Shown: positions 26,461 through 40,963 of the stretch, piece by piece
Position numbering within the stretch: the first letter of the stretch is position 1
How the letters are laid out: each line of letters begins with the position of its first letter
DNA from: Thalia democratica
Lineage: Eukaryota
NCBI GenBank assembly: GCA_965202585.1
Contig: CBDBBG010000333.1
Coordinates: forward strand, 1-62,298
DNA: 62,298 bases
Reading direction: 5' to 3'
Notes under the pieces: generated by a model
Told to the model about the DNA's origin: nothing
Databases searched by the model: none
Seen by the model: the letters and a program-made list of their open reading frames with translations, nothing else
Translations under genes and position numbers: made by a program

Positions 26461-29400
26461 GATGAATGAATATTAAAGCGACCAAAACGATACTTGCAAG
26501 AGTTACTGACTGTGACGAATTGACTGTTGAGCAGTTATGCTTTGCAAGGTACCTTTTACTTCTTAATATAAGCATTAGCATGTTTGTTTAAGACATATAT
26601 GCTTATAAAAACTTAGTTGTCTTATTAAGAATGTTGAAAAAGTTCCAGTAAGAAAGAAACCATATTTAACTTGTTCTAAAAGTAATTTTTTTAAAGCATT
26701 AGTTTGAAAAGTCCAGAAATAACAGCCTGTATCTTACAGCACACCTCTAAATACATTAAGAAAAACATAAATGAAACAAAACATGTTAACACACTCCCGA
26801 CTGAGTTTTCCTTTGCCGCTCACCTAAAGTAATAAAGTTTTAACAAAGCACAAGGTTTTTTTTTACCTTAAACAAAATTTCATTATATCGATTTCATGGA
26901 GTTTTGTTAATCGTAAGTTCTATCAAGTATGTTCAAGTTAATTACAGTTTAAACTAATGTGTAAAAAGTAATTCCAAAAGAATAAAAGTGTTCATTTTTT
27001 TTAGCTTTACTGCTTATGATTACTCATAAGCAATGTACTCAAAACTTTTATTAAACAGACAACTAGATAGCTTTGTTGTTGCACATACTAGTAACTTACC
27101 TTACAACAATGTTTTCCAAACAACCTTTCAAAAACGTGCTGTACAGTAACTATGATGATACTTGTTTAAAGTTGTAAACTACATTTAAACACAAACTTTA
27201 TTTTTCAGTGTGTATGAAAAACTAGTTTAAAAGATAAGTAGTTTAACATTCAATTAGTGTTTCAAACAACTGATTGAAGCTGTTATACAGTTTAAAAAAT
27301 AACTGATGCAATTTTGCTCGTTAAACTTAAACCTTGATCAAACTAAGAACTTTAACTTTGCAGATTTCAACCGAATAAAGTGTGCTGATAAAAGTGAACA
27401 AATGGATTTGGTTGTAAATTTTCCAAACAAAATAAAGTTAATTAAATTCAAAGAAGTAAATAAGTCGAAAAAGCTTATGAACACTAGCACTAAATTTGAA
27501 CTTAAACAAAAGCTGATACCTTTTGGATGAAAAATTTTACGTAAAAAAAGAGGTTGGTTTATTTTTTAAGCAGCATTATATACAAAATAAAATCGAGTAA
27601 GAAAATCTAAATGAAAAAGTTTAGAAATAAGATTGACAAACTTAGTGTTTGAATAAAGCTTTGTTTACAATCAGCACTCATAACCTTTCAATCTATCTTT
27701 GAAACTTTTTAACTGGAAAATAATGCAAGTAAGTTTTTTTTTCAAACTTTGTTTTGTCACTTCTCATAAAGTTTTAAAGTCAGTCGAAACAACATAGAAC
27801 AACTTACTACTTTCTTGAAACATATTTTGAAACAACAACAGTACTGTCTTTTAAAGTTTACGATTGAAGTGCTTACCAAGTTAAACATGTGTTTTAACTG
27901 CTTTACTGCTAATAGTGATTTCTTAGTTTACTCAACCTAGATTAATCATAATGTTCTGTACCATTGATTTCATTGACTAAATGTTTGCTTTTCAAAATTC
28001 GTAACTAGTTATCTCTAGCTTACTGTTAATGTAGTTAAAAACACAGCTTAGGATAAGTTACATTTTATTCTCGGATGTCGTTAAGAACATAGCTGTTGTA
28101 GCAATAACATATAAACTTGAAACAAAGTAACTGTTATCTTATTCAATTATAGACCATATAAAACAAAGTATTTGCTTGATTCAAAGTTTTACATTGTTGT
28201 TTGCCTATTATGGAACTTGTACCATCACATAATAAGCTGTAAAAAAATGAAGGCTAAAAAAAGTTTTGGTTTCGCTTTGTCCAGTTTTTTCTTCTTCTTT
28301 AGATTTATAAAAACTACACAGCTTAAAGCAACAAGTTACAGTAATTTCAGTTTACTTATGTATAGCGTACATAAGGGTAACAAACAAGTGGTAACAAGTT
28401 TTTTACTTCTTTTCTTTGTACCATGTTTTAGCTAATCAATTGGTTTATTTCATATGCTTGACAAGATTAGAAAGCTTAAATCAAGTAAGTAGATGTAAGC
28501 TTTGTAAAATAAAAGATTTGTTTATACAAGTTTATCATTTTATTAAGGTATTTTGTTTTGTAAATTGTGTACTTGTTAATAGTGTTCTCTTTCTTTTGAA
28601 CAATCGATGTTGTTTACATTTATGTGTTACACCAGTTTTGAATTGTTAAGCATGTTTCAGTTGTAGTTTAATTGTAATTGAACAGCATTTTTTAAGGACA
28701 CTAAACATTGTTTGTTATTAACAGTTTAAAACGTTTTCAGTTAATAAGTCAAAGTTTTATTTTTATTTCTGTTTAAGCGTACTATTTTCATTGAAAAATA
28801 CAAATAGTTTTTACAGTGACGTAGGCACAGTATTTTTTTAATAAACTAAAAAACAAATGAAATATTGAATTAAAAAATGTCCACAAAGTTAATGAGAATA
28901 AGTTTTATTTGGAAAAGAAAGTTAAAAGGAAAAAAGCCACGAAAAAGACACTCAAGTTAGTTAAAGCTTTTCACTAAGCATTCGATAATAGTAAGCAATA
29001 AAGTAAGGATTAGAGCAGTTATCTAGCTAGAGTTCCCTTCTTAACAGTTGCATAAAAAAAGTATAGTAGAGAAATTTGGCAAGCTAGGTATTTAATAAAT
29101 AATGGGCTTTATAATTTGGAAGGAAATATGTTTTTGATTCTTTATCACCACAAAGTTGATTAAGTATGTTTATTTGTGTTGTTGAGTTTAGTAGTCATTA
29201 GTAGCTTGTGTAATTAATTGGTGATCCACCTAATCTTTAGATTTAAAAAGTACATAGCTTAAAACAAACAAGTATCGTCGTTTTGAGTTGTCTCATACAT
29301 AGTTTAAAAAAGAGTTACAAAAAATTGTAACAAGCTGTTCTTTTTTACCGTGGAATCATTTTGTAATTTGTCATAGCCACAGAAAAAATGAGTTCAACAA

Positions 29401-30991
29401 AACAAGTATGAGCTTTGTAAGCAGAAAGATTATTTCAATTGTATGTTTGTTTTAAACAATCACTGTTGTCTACATTAGTTTGACTGTTCAACTTTTAAAC
29501 AGTTTTTTATTGTTTCATTTGCATTCTGATAAATAAAACTAATACTTATTTGACAATCAGACCTTAAACAAATATCATTGAGCATTTTTAGTATCAACGC
29601 AAAGTAAATTTTTCTTCTCATTTAATATAATGTCTTATTTAAGCATAAATTTTTAGTTAGTGACAGATTGATTTTTTTATTAAACTAACAACAAATATGT
29701 ATTGAGTGTTTGAAAAACAAGTTTACAAAGTAAAATGAACTAGAATAAGTTTTGTTTAAACAATAAGTTAAACAAGAAAATTCCCATTAAAAAACATTTT
29801 TACCTAACATTTAAATACTAGTGAAGCAGAAAAACTTATTCTACATTATCAAAAGTAGTTTAAAATGTCAAGTAGAACTACAAAAACTGAAGTAAGTGTA
29901 ACTAACTAGTAGAAATAAAAACAGAGAAATTCAGTTTTAGAAAGTTTATTTAGAAGTTATTGAAATACACTAACTGTTACTTTTTACCAACACGCACAAT
30001 GTAGATATAAATTTGTACATTTTTTTGTCGCTTAGTTTAAGCTTGTTTGACACTGTTTACTCGACATTAGTAGCTGCTTAAATCAACTGGTGGTCCTGAT
30101 TACTTTAGATATGTAGAAACATAACTTTCAACAAACTACTAGAGTTGTTAAAGGTCAGTAAGTTGTCTCATATCTAGTTAAAACAAGTACCTTTTACTTT
30201 GAAAACTAGAATAATAAATTACTTAAAAAAGTACAAGCAGCTACTTTTTTGTGTTTTACCAAGTTTCAACCAATGAGCTGGTTTGTTTTGTGTGTTTATG
30301 TTTTGAATTGAAAATGTTTCTTGAATATGCTAAACAGAAGTTAGCTTTGAAAGAAGGAATATGTTGTTTTACTTGAAAACACATCTGTAATTTTTTGTTT
30401 TGAACAACCATTTTTGTATTCATTTATGTATTCGTAACTTTTTAAAACGTGTTACATGGCTTCAATTGCAGTTAAGTTGATAAGAAGAACTCGTTTAAAA
30501 AGTTAAAGCTCGGTTGTGTTACTAATAATCAACAACAACTTAAAATAAAGTTACAACTAAGTTTTTGCATGTTATAAGTGATATACATTTTTGTTTAAAA
30601 AGATGATACTTTTTTGTAAGCACTTATTTATTGAATGTTTCAACAGAACTTCAGCAAATGAATAAAAACAAGTGTTTTGTACAAAAAGTATTCAGATGAA
30701 AAATCTTACGGACAACAAAATCAAGTTAGTTAAACATCTTTTACAAACCATTTGATTACAAGCACTACTACTGTTTTTAGACTAATGCAATGCTTTTTCT
30801 ACAATATAACGAGTTACAAGTTTATAAAGTATTTGAAACAAAAAAAAAGTGTGTTCATTCAAGTATATGAGTTTTTAATTTACACAAATAAGAATTTATT
30901 TGTACTAAGCTTATATTCTTGTACTTTAAGTAAACATGAACAGCTGGTTCTATTCAAATGGTGGTCCTAAAAAGGACCGGTTGTTTAGCGT

Positions 30992-31351
30992 TTATTTTGA
31001 GCTGGTGTATTTGGTAACAGCTTTAGTTCCTTCTGAAACTGCGTGCTTTGACAACTCGCCGGGGAGCAAGAGCCTGACAGCAGTTTGAATTTCGCGGCTG
31101 CTAACAGTTGACCTCTTGTTGTAATGAGCCAAACGTGAAGCCTCTGCTGCAATGCGCTCGAAGATGTCGTTGACAAATGAGTTCATGATTCCCATTGCCT
31201 TGCTGGAAATTCCGGTGTCGGGGTGCACTTGCTTCAAAACTTTGTACACGTAGATGCCAAAGCTTTCTTTGTTTCTCCTCCTTCGCTTCTTCTTGCCGTC
31301 GACCGGAGCGGTCTTGGCTACTGACTTCTTCGCGCCTTTGGTTGCTGTCAT
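30992..31351 (-). CDS. H2B: Histone H2B, unit 5
   Basis: Same translation as unit 1. Confidence 0.96.
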   Translation of the reverse strand: MTATKGAKKSVAKTAPVDGKKKRRRRNKESFGIYVYKVLKQVHPDTGISSKAMGIMNSFVNDIFERIAAEASRLAHYNKRSTVSSREIQTAVRLLLPGELSKHAVSEGTKAVTKYTSSK

Positions 31352-31514
31352 GATGATGTGTGGACTTCTGTCTCGGCGCCGGTTTATATCCTGAAAAATT
31401 ATGCAAATTAGCATAGTTCCGTACGCGAACGATAGCTGGTTTCTCTCACTTCACAATTCTCTCGTTTGTTGTAAATATTTTGGTGGTCCTGAAAAGGACC
31501 TGGTTTTTTTTAAC

Positions 31515-31895
31515 TTAGGCTGACTTTTTTGAAGCGGTCTTCTTAGGCAATAGTACTGCCTGGATGTTTGGAAGAACACCACCTTGAGCAATTGTGACGC
31601 CTCCGAGAAGTTTGTTCAACTCTTCGTCGTTGCGAATAGCTAGTTGCAAATGGCGAGGAATGATCCTGCTTTTCTTGTTGTCACGAGCAGCGTTACCGGC
31701 AAGCTCGAGCACTTCTGCGCTCAAGTACTCGAGAACGGCAGCCAGATAAACTGGAGCACCAGCTCCGACTCTTTGGCTGTAGTTGCCGGTGCGCAACAGG
31801 CGGTGCACGCGACCGACTGGAAACTGCAGTCCTGCACGGGAAGACCTGCTCTTCGGCTTAGATTTGAGTTTTGATCCTTTACCACGTCCTGACAT
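31515..31895 (-). CDS. H2A: Histone H2A, unit 5
   Basis: Same translation as unit 1. Confidence 0.97.
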   Translation of the reverse strand: MSGRGKGSKLKSKPKSRSSRAGLQFPVGRVHRLLRTGNYSQRVGAGAPVYLAAVLEYLSAEVLELAGNAARDNKKSRIIPRHLQLAIRNDEELNKLLGGVTIAQGGVLPNIQAVLLPKKTASKKSA

Positions 31896-32077
31896 TTTGT
31901 TGTTCGAATGATTGTGATGATAGCTTGCACAGCTCAATATACAACTCATACCTAACCGCGTCGAACAAAAAACTAATTTGCATATGTCATAGCTAATGCT
32001 TAATCTTGTCAAAAGTGTTGTAAAACTTTTATATTGAATTAGGTGGTCCTAAAAAGGACCGGGTTTGCTAAAAGCGA

Positions 32078-32425
<348 letters not shown>

Positions 32426-32569
32426 TTATATACAAGCTGTTACGGACGCGTACGGTAACTACTAACTAATTTGCATACTCAAAAAAGTCTCTTAACTTAC
32501 GTTCGGTTAAGTTTTTCTCACTGTCAAGGTTTTAAGGTGGCCCTGAAAAGGACCGGTTTTAGCTAACGC

Positions 32570-33061
<492 letters not shown>

Positions 33062-33161
33062 CTAATTTGCATATTTTCAACTTAGCATTGTTTTATGCAT
33101 TTTGAGTTACGTTATATTTTGTTTGAGTGGTCCTGAAAAGGACCTTGGGTAAAAGAACAAC

Positions 33162-33716
33162 TTATTTTTTACAGCTCTTCTTCTTGGATGCTTTTTTGGC
33201 TGCCGGCTTCTTCTTGGTTACTTTCTTCTTCTTGCTTGCAGCTTTTTTAGATGCTGCCTTCTTAGGAGCGCACTTTTTAGCAGGTCGCTTTTTGGCTGCT
33301 GGTTTTTTTGCAGCCTTCTTGGGAGCACACTTCTTTTTTGGTTTTTTAGCTGGGGCCTTCTTTGCTGCTGGCTTTTTAGCTACTTTCTTTGTCCTCTTCT
33401 TGGGCCCAGCAGCTGGCATTGGAGCAAGCTTGAACGAGCCAGAAGCGCCTTTTCCAGTTGTCTGGAGAAAAGCACCTTTGGTCACGCCGCTGGTAAGTGC
33501 TCTCTTCAAGTGAGAATTGGAAGCTGTGAGGTCAAGCTTGTAGGTGTCCGCGATATACTTTTGTATCTTCTGGCGGGATGTACCTTTTCGTTCCTTCATT
33601 GCTCCAAGGGCAGAGCTAATCATTTCCCTGTAAGTAGGGTGCTCTGCCTTCTTGGCGCTTGGTCTCTTGGAAGACCTGGCTGGCGCTGGTACTGCTGCTA
33701 CTGCTGTGGTAGACAT
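33162..33716 (-). CDS. H1: Histone H1, unit 5
   Basis: Same translation as unit 1. Confidence 0.95.
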   Translation of the reverse strand: MSTTAVAAVPAPARSSKRPSAKKAEHPTYREMISSALGAMKERKGTSRQKIQKYIADTYKLDLTASNSHLKRALTSGVTKGAFLQTTGKGASGSFKLAPMPAAGPKKRTKKVAKKPAAKKAPAKKPKKKCAPKKAAKKPAAKKRPAKKCAPKKAASKKAASKKKKVTKKKPAAKKASKKKSCKK

Positions 33717-36700
33717 GATGAATGAATATTAAAGCGACCAAAACGATACTTGCAAGAGTTACTGACTGTGACGAATTGACTGTTGAGCAGTTATGCTTTG
33801 CAAGGTACCTTTTACTTCTTAATATAAGCATTAGCATGTTTGTTTAAGACATATATGCTTATAAAAACTTAGTTGTCTTATTAAGAATGTTGAAAAAGTT
33901 CCAGTAAGAAAGAAACCATATTTAACTTGTTCTAAAAGTAATTTTTTTAAAGCATTAGTTTGAAAAGTCCAGAAATAACAGCCTGTATCTTACAGCACAC
34001 CTCTAAATACATTAAGAAAAACATAAATGAAACAAAACATGTTAACACACTCCCGACTGAGTTTTCCTTTGCCGCTCACCTAAAGTAATAAAGTTTTAAC
34101 AAAGCACAAGGTTTTTTTTTACCTTAAACAAAATTTCATTATATCGATTTCATGGAGTTTTGTTAATCGTAAGTTCTATCAAGTATGTTCAAGTTAATTA
34201 CAGTTTAAACTAATGTGTAAAAAGTAATTCCAAAAGAATAAAAGTGTTCATTTTTTTTAGCTTTACTGCTTATGATTACTCATAAGCAATGTACTCAAAA
34301 CTTTTATTAAACAGACAACTAGATAGCTTTGTTGTTGCACATACTAGTAACTTACCTTACAACAATGTTTTCCAAACAACCTTTCAAAAACGTGCTGTAC
34401 AGTAACTATGATGATACTTGTTTAAAGTTGTAAACTACATTTAAACACAAACTTTATTTTTCAGTGTGTATGAAAAACTAGTTTAAAAGATAAGTAGTTT
34501 AACATTCAATTAGTGTTTCAAACAACTGATTGAAGCTGTTATACAGTTTAAAAAATAACTGATGCAATTTTGCTCGTTAAACTTAAACCTTGATCAAACT
34601 AAGAACTTTAACTTTGCAGATTTCAACCGAATAAAGTGTGCTGATAAAAGTGAACAAATGGATTTGGTTGTAAATTTTCCAAACAAAATAAAGTTAATTA
34701 AATTCAAAGAAGTAAATAAGTCGAAAAAGCTTATGAACACTAGCACTAAATTTGAACTTAAACAAAAGCTGATACCTTTTGGATGAAAAATTTTACGTAA
34801 AAAAAGAGGTTGGTTTATTTTTTAAGCAGCATTATATACAAAATAAAATCGAGTAAGAAAATCTAAATGAAAAAGTTTAGAAATAAGATTGACAAACTTA
34901 GTGTTTGAATAAAGCTTTGTTTACAATCAGCACTCATAACCTTTCAATCTATCTTTGAAACTTTTTAACTGGAAAATAATGCAAGTAAGTTTTTTTTTCA
35001 AACTTTGTTTTGTCACTTCTCATAAAGTTTTAAAGTCAGTCGAAACAACATAGAACAACTTACTACTTTCTTGAAACATATTTTGAAACAACAACAGTAC
35101 TGTCTTTTAAAGTTTACGATTGAAGTGCTTACCAAGTTAAACATGTGTTTTAACTGCTTTACTGCTAATAGTGATTTCTTAGTTTACTCAACCTAGATTA
35201 ATCATAATGTTCTGTACCATTGATTTCATTGACTAAATGTTTGCTTTTCAAAATTCGTAACTAGTTATCTCTAGCTTACTGTTAATGTAGTTAAAAACAC
35301 AGCTTAGGATAAGTTACATTTTATTCTCGGATGTCGTTAAGAACATAGCTGTTGTAGCAATAACATATAAACTTGAAACAAAGTAACTGTTATCTTATTC
35401 AATTATAGACCATATAAAACAAAGTATTTGCTTGATTCAAAGTTTTACATTGTTGTTTGCCTATTATGGAACTTGTACCATCACATAATAAGCTGTAAAA
35501 AAATGAAGGCTAAAAAAAGTTTTGGTTTCGCTTTGTCCAGTTTTTTCTTCTTCTTTAGATTTATAAAAACTACACAGCTTAAAGCAACAAGTTACAGTAA
35601 TTTCAGTTTACTTATGTATAGCGTACATAAGGGTAACAAACAAGTGGTAACAAGTTTTTTGCTTCTTTTCTTTGTACCATGTTTTAGCTAATCAATTGGT
35701 TTATTTCATATGCTTGACAAGATTAGAAAGCTTAAATCAAGTAAGTAGATGTAAGCTTTGTAAAATAAAAGATTTGTTTATACAAGTTCATCATTTTATT
35801 AAGGTATTTTGTTTTGTAAACTGTGTACTTGTTAATAGTGTTCTCTTTCTTTTGAACAATCGATGTTGTTTACATTTATGTGTTACACCAGTTTTGAATT
35901 GTTAAGCATGTTTCAGTTGTAGTTTAATTGTAATTGAACAGCATTTTTTAAGGACACTAAACATTGTTTGTTATTAACAGTTTAAAACGTTTTCAGTTAA
36001 TAAGTCAAAGTTTTATTTTTATTTCTGTTTAAGCGTACTATTTTCATTGAAAAATACAAATAGTTTTTACAGTGATGTAGGCACAGTATTTTTTTAATAA
36101 ACTAAAAAACAAATGAAATATTGAATTAAAAAATGTCCACAAAGTTAATGAGAATAAGTTTTATTTGGAAAAGAAAGTTAAAAGGAAAAAAGCCACGAAA
36201 AAGACACTCAAGTTAGTTAAAGCTTTTCACTAAGCATTCGATAATAGTAAGCAATAAAGTAAGGATTAGAGCAGTTATCTAGCTAGAGTTCCCTTCTTAA
36301 CAGTTGCATAAAAAAAGTATAGTAGAGAAATTTGGCAAGCTAGGTATTTAATAAATAATGGGCTTTATAATTTGGAAGGAAATATGTTTTTGATTCTTTA
36401 TCACCACAAAGTTGATTAAGTATGTTTATTTGTGTTGTTGAGTTTAGTAGTCATTAGTAGCTTGTGTAATTAATTGGTGATCCACCTAATCTTTAGATTT
36501 AAAAAGTACATAGCTTAAAACAAACAAGTATCGTCGTTTTGAGTTGTCTCATACATAGTTTAAAAAAGAGTTACAAAAAATTGTAACAAGCTGTTCTTTT
36601 TTACCGTGGAATCATTTTGTAATTTGTCATAGCCACAGAAAAAATGAGTTCAACAAAACAAGTATGAGCTTTGTAAGCAGAAAGATTATTTCAATTGTAT

Positions 36701-38237
36701 GTTTGTTTTAAACAATCACTGTTGTCTACATTAGTTTGACTGTTCAACTTTTAAACAGTTTTTTATTGTTTCATTTGCATTCTGATAAATAAAACTAATA
36801 CTTATTTGACAATCAGACCTTAAACAAATATCATTGAGCATTTTTAGTATCAACGCAAAGTAAATTTTTCTTCTCATTTAATATAATGTCTTATTTAAGC
36901 ATAAATTTTTAGTTAGTGACAGATTGATTTTTTTATTAAACTAACAACAAATATGTATTGAGTGTTTGAAAAACAAGTTTACAAAGTAAAATGAACTAGA
37001 ATAAGTTTTGTTTAAACAATAAGTTAAACAAGAAAATTCCCATTAAAAAACATTTTTACCTAACATTTAAATACTAGTGAAGCAGAAAAACTTATTCTAC
37101 ATTATCAAAAGTAGTTTAAAATGTCAAGTAGAACTACAAAAACTGAAGTAAGTGTAACTAACTAGTAGAAATAAAAACAGAGAAATTCAGTTTTAGAAAG
37201 TTTATTTAGAAGTTATTGAAATACACTAACTGTTACTTTTTACCAACACGCACAATGTAGATATAAATTTGTACATTTTTTGTCGCTTAGTTTAAGCTTG
37301 TTTGACACTGTTTACTCGACATTAGTAGCTGCTTAAATCAACTGGTGGTCCTGATTACTTTAGATATGTAGAAACATAACTTTCAACAAACTACTAGAGT
37401 TGTTAAAGGTCAGTAAGTTGTCTCATATCTAGTTAAAACAAGTACCTTTTACTTTGAAAACTAGAATAATAAATTACTTAAAAAAGTACAAGCAGCTACT
37501 TTTTTGTGTTTTACCAAGTTTCAACCAATGAGCTGGTGTGTTTATGTTTTGAATTGAAAATGTTTCTTGAATATGCTAAACAGAAGTTAGCTTTGAAAGA
37601 AGGAATATGTTGTTTTACTTGAAAACACATCTGTAATTTTTTGTTTTGAACAACCATTTTTGTATTCATTTATGTATTCGTAACTTTTTAAAACGTGTTA
37701 CATGGCTTCAATTGCAGTTAAGTTGATAAGAAGAACTCGTTTAAAAAGTTAAAGCTCGGTTGTGTTACTAATAATCAACAACAACTTAAAATAAAGTTAC
37801 AACTAAGTTTTTGCATGTTATAAGTGATATACATTTTTGTTTAAAAAGATGATACTTTTTTGTAAGCACTTATTTATTGAATGTTTCAACAGAACTTCAG
37901 CAAATGAATAAAAACAAGTGTTTTGTACAAAAAGTATTCAGATGAAAAATCTTACGGACAACAAAATCAAGTTAGTTAAACATCTTTTACAAACCATTTG
38001 ATTACAAGCACTACTACTGTTTTTAGACTAATGCAATGCTTTTTCTACAATATAACGAGTTACAAGTTTATAAAGTATTTGAAACAAAAAAAAAGTGTGT
38101 TCATTCAAGTATATGAGTTTTTAATTTACACAAATAAGAATTTATTTGTACTAAGCTTATATTCTTGTACTTTAAGTAAACATGAACAGCTGGTTCTATT
38201 CAAATGGTGGTCCTAAAAAGGACCGGTTGTTTAGCGT

Positions 38238-38597
38238 TTATTTTGAGCTGGTGTATTTGGTAACAGCTTTAGTTCCTTCTGAAACTGCGTGCTTTGACAA
38301 CTCGCCGGGGAGCAAGAGCCTGACAGCAGTTTGAATTTCGCGGCTGCTAACAGTTGACCTCTTGTTGTAATGAGCCAAACGTGAAGCCTCTGCTGCAATG
38401 CGCTCGAAGATGTCGTTGACAAATGAGTTCATGATTCCCATTGCCTTGCTGGAAATTCCGGTGTCGGGGTGCACTTGCTTCAAAACTTTGTACACGTAGA
38501 TGCCAAAGCTTTCTTTGTTTCTCCTCCTTCGCTTCTTCTTGCCGTCGACCGGAGCGGTCTTGGCTACTGACTTCTTCGCGCCTTTGGTTGCTGTCAT
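38238..38597 (-). CDS. H2B: Histone H2B, unit 6
   Basis: Same translation as unit 1. Confidence 0.96.
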   Translation of the reverse strand: MTATKGAKKSVAKTAPVDGKKKRRRRNKESFGIYVYKVLKQVHPDTGISSKAMGIMNSFVNDIFERIAAEASRLAHYNKRSTVSSREIQTAVRLLLPGELSKHAVSEGTKAVTKYTSSK

Positions 38598-38761
38598 GAT
38601 GATGTGTGGACTTCTGTCTCGGCGCCGGTTTATATCCTGAAAAATTATGCAAATTAGCATAGTTCCGTACGCGAACGATAGCTGGTTTCTCTCACTTCAC
38701 AATTCTCTCGTTTGTTGTAAATATTTTTGGTGGTCCTGAAAAGGACCTGGTTTTTTTTAAC

Positions 38762-39142
38762 TTAGGCTGACTTTTTTGAAGCGGTCTTCTTAGGCAATAG
38801 TACTGCCTGGATGTTTGGAAGAACACCACCTTGAGCAATTGTGACGCCTCCGAGAAGTTTGTTCAACTCTTCGTCGTTGCGAATAGCTAGTTGCAAATGG
38901 CGAGGAATGATCCTGCTTTTCTTGTTGTCACGAGCAGCGTTACCGGCAAGCTCGAGCACTTCTGCGCTCAAGTACTCGAGAACGGCAGCCAGATAAACTG
39001 GAGCACCAGCTCCGACTCTTTGGCTGTAGTTGCCGGTGCGCAACAGGCGGTGCACGCGACCGACTGGAAACTGCAGTCCTGCACGGGAAGACCTGCTCTT
39101 CGGCTTAGATTTGAGTTTTGATCCTTTACCACGTCCTGACAT
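38762..39142 (-). CDS. H2A: Histone H2A, unit 6
   Basis: Same translation as unit 1. Confidence 0.97.
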   Translation of the reverse strand: MSGRGKGSKLKSKPKSRSSRAGLQFPVGRVHRLLRTGNYSQRVGAGAPVYLAAVLEYLSAEVLELAGNAARDNKKSRIIPRHLQLAIRNDEELNKLLGGVTIAQGGVLPNIQAVLLPKKTASKKSA

Positions 39143-39324
39143 TTTGTTGTTCGAATGATTGTGATGATAGCTTGCACAGCTCAATATACAACTCATACCT
39201 AACCGCGTCGAACAAAAAACTAATTTGCATATGTCATAGCTAATGCTTAATCTTGTCAAAAGTGTTGTAAAACTTTTATATTGAATTAGGTGGTCCTAAA
39301 AAGGACCGGGTTTGCTAAAAGCGA

Positions 39325-39672
<348 letters not shown>

Positions 39673-39816
39673 TTATATACAAGCTGTTACGGACGCGTAC
39701 GGTAACTACTAACTAATTTGCATACTCAAAAAAGTCTCTTAACTTACGTTCGGTTAAGTTTTTCTCACTGTCAAGGTTTTAAGGTGGCCCTGAAAAGGAC
39801 CGGTTTTAGCTAACGC

Positions 39817-40308
<492 letters not shown>

Positions 40309-40408
40309 CTAATTTGCATATTTTCAACTTAGCATTGTTTTATGCATTTTGAGTTACGTTATATTTTGTTTGAGTGGTCCTGAAAAGGACCTTGGGTAAA
40401 AGAACAAC

Positions 40409-40963
40409 TTATTTTTTACAGCTCTTCTTCTTGGATGCTTTTTTGGCTGCCGGCTTCTTCTTGGTTACTTTCTTCTTCTTGCTTGCAGCTTTTTTAGATG
40501 CTGCCTTCTTAGGAGCGCACTTTTTAGCAGGTCGCTTTTTGGCTGCTGGTTTTTTTGCAGCCTTCTTGGGAGCACACTTCTTTTTTGGTTTTTTAGCTGG
40601 GGCCTTCTTTGCTGCTGGCTTTTTAGCTACTTTCTTTGTCCTCTTCTTGGGCCCAGCAGCTGGCATTGGAGCAAGCTTGAACGAGCCAGAAGCGCCTTTT
40701 CCAGTTGTCTGGAGAAAAGCACCTTTGGTCACGCCGCTGGTAAGTGCTCTCTTCAAGTGAGAATTGGAAGCTGTGAGGTCAAGCTTGTAGGTGTCCGCGA
40801 TATACTTTTGTATCTTCTGGCGGGATGTACCTTTTCGTTCCTTCATTGCTCCAAGGGCAGAGCTAATCATTTCCCTGTAAGTAGGGTGCTCTGCCTTCTT
40901 GGCGCTTGGTCTCTTGGAAGACCTGGCTGGCGCTGGTACTGCTGCTACTGCTGTGGTAGACAT
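40409..40963 (-). CDS. H1: Histone H1, unit 6
   Basis: Same translation as unit 1. Confidence 0.95.
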   Translation of the reverse strand: MSTTAVAAVPAPARSSKRPSAKKAEHPTYREMISSALGAMKERKGTSRQKIQKYIADTYKLDLTASNSHLKRALTSGVTKGAFLQTTGKGASGSFKLAPMPAAGPKKRTKKVAKKPAAKKAPAKKPKKKCAPKKAAKKPAAKKRPAKKCAPKKAASKKAASKKKKVTKKKPAAKKASKKKSCKK

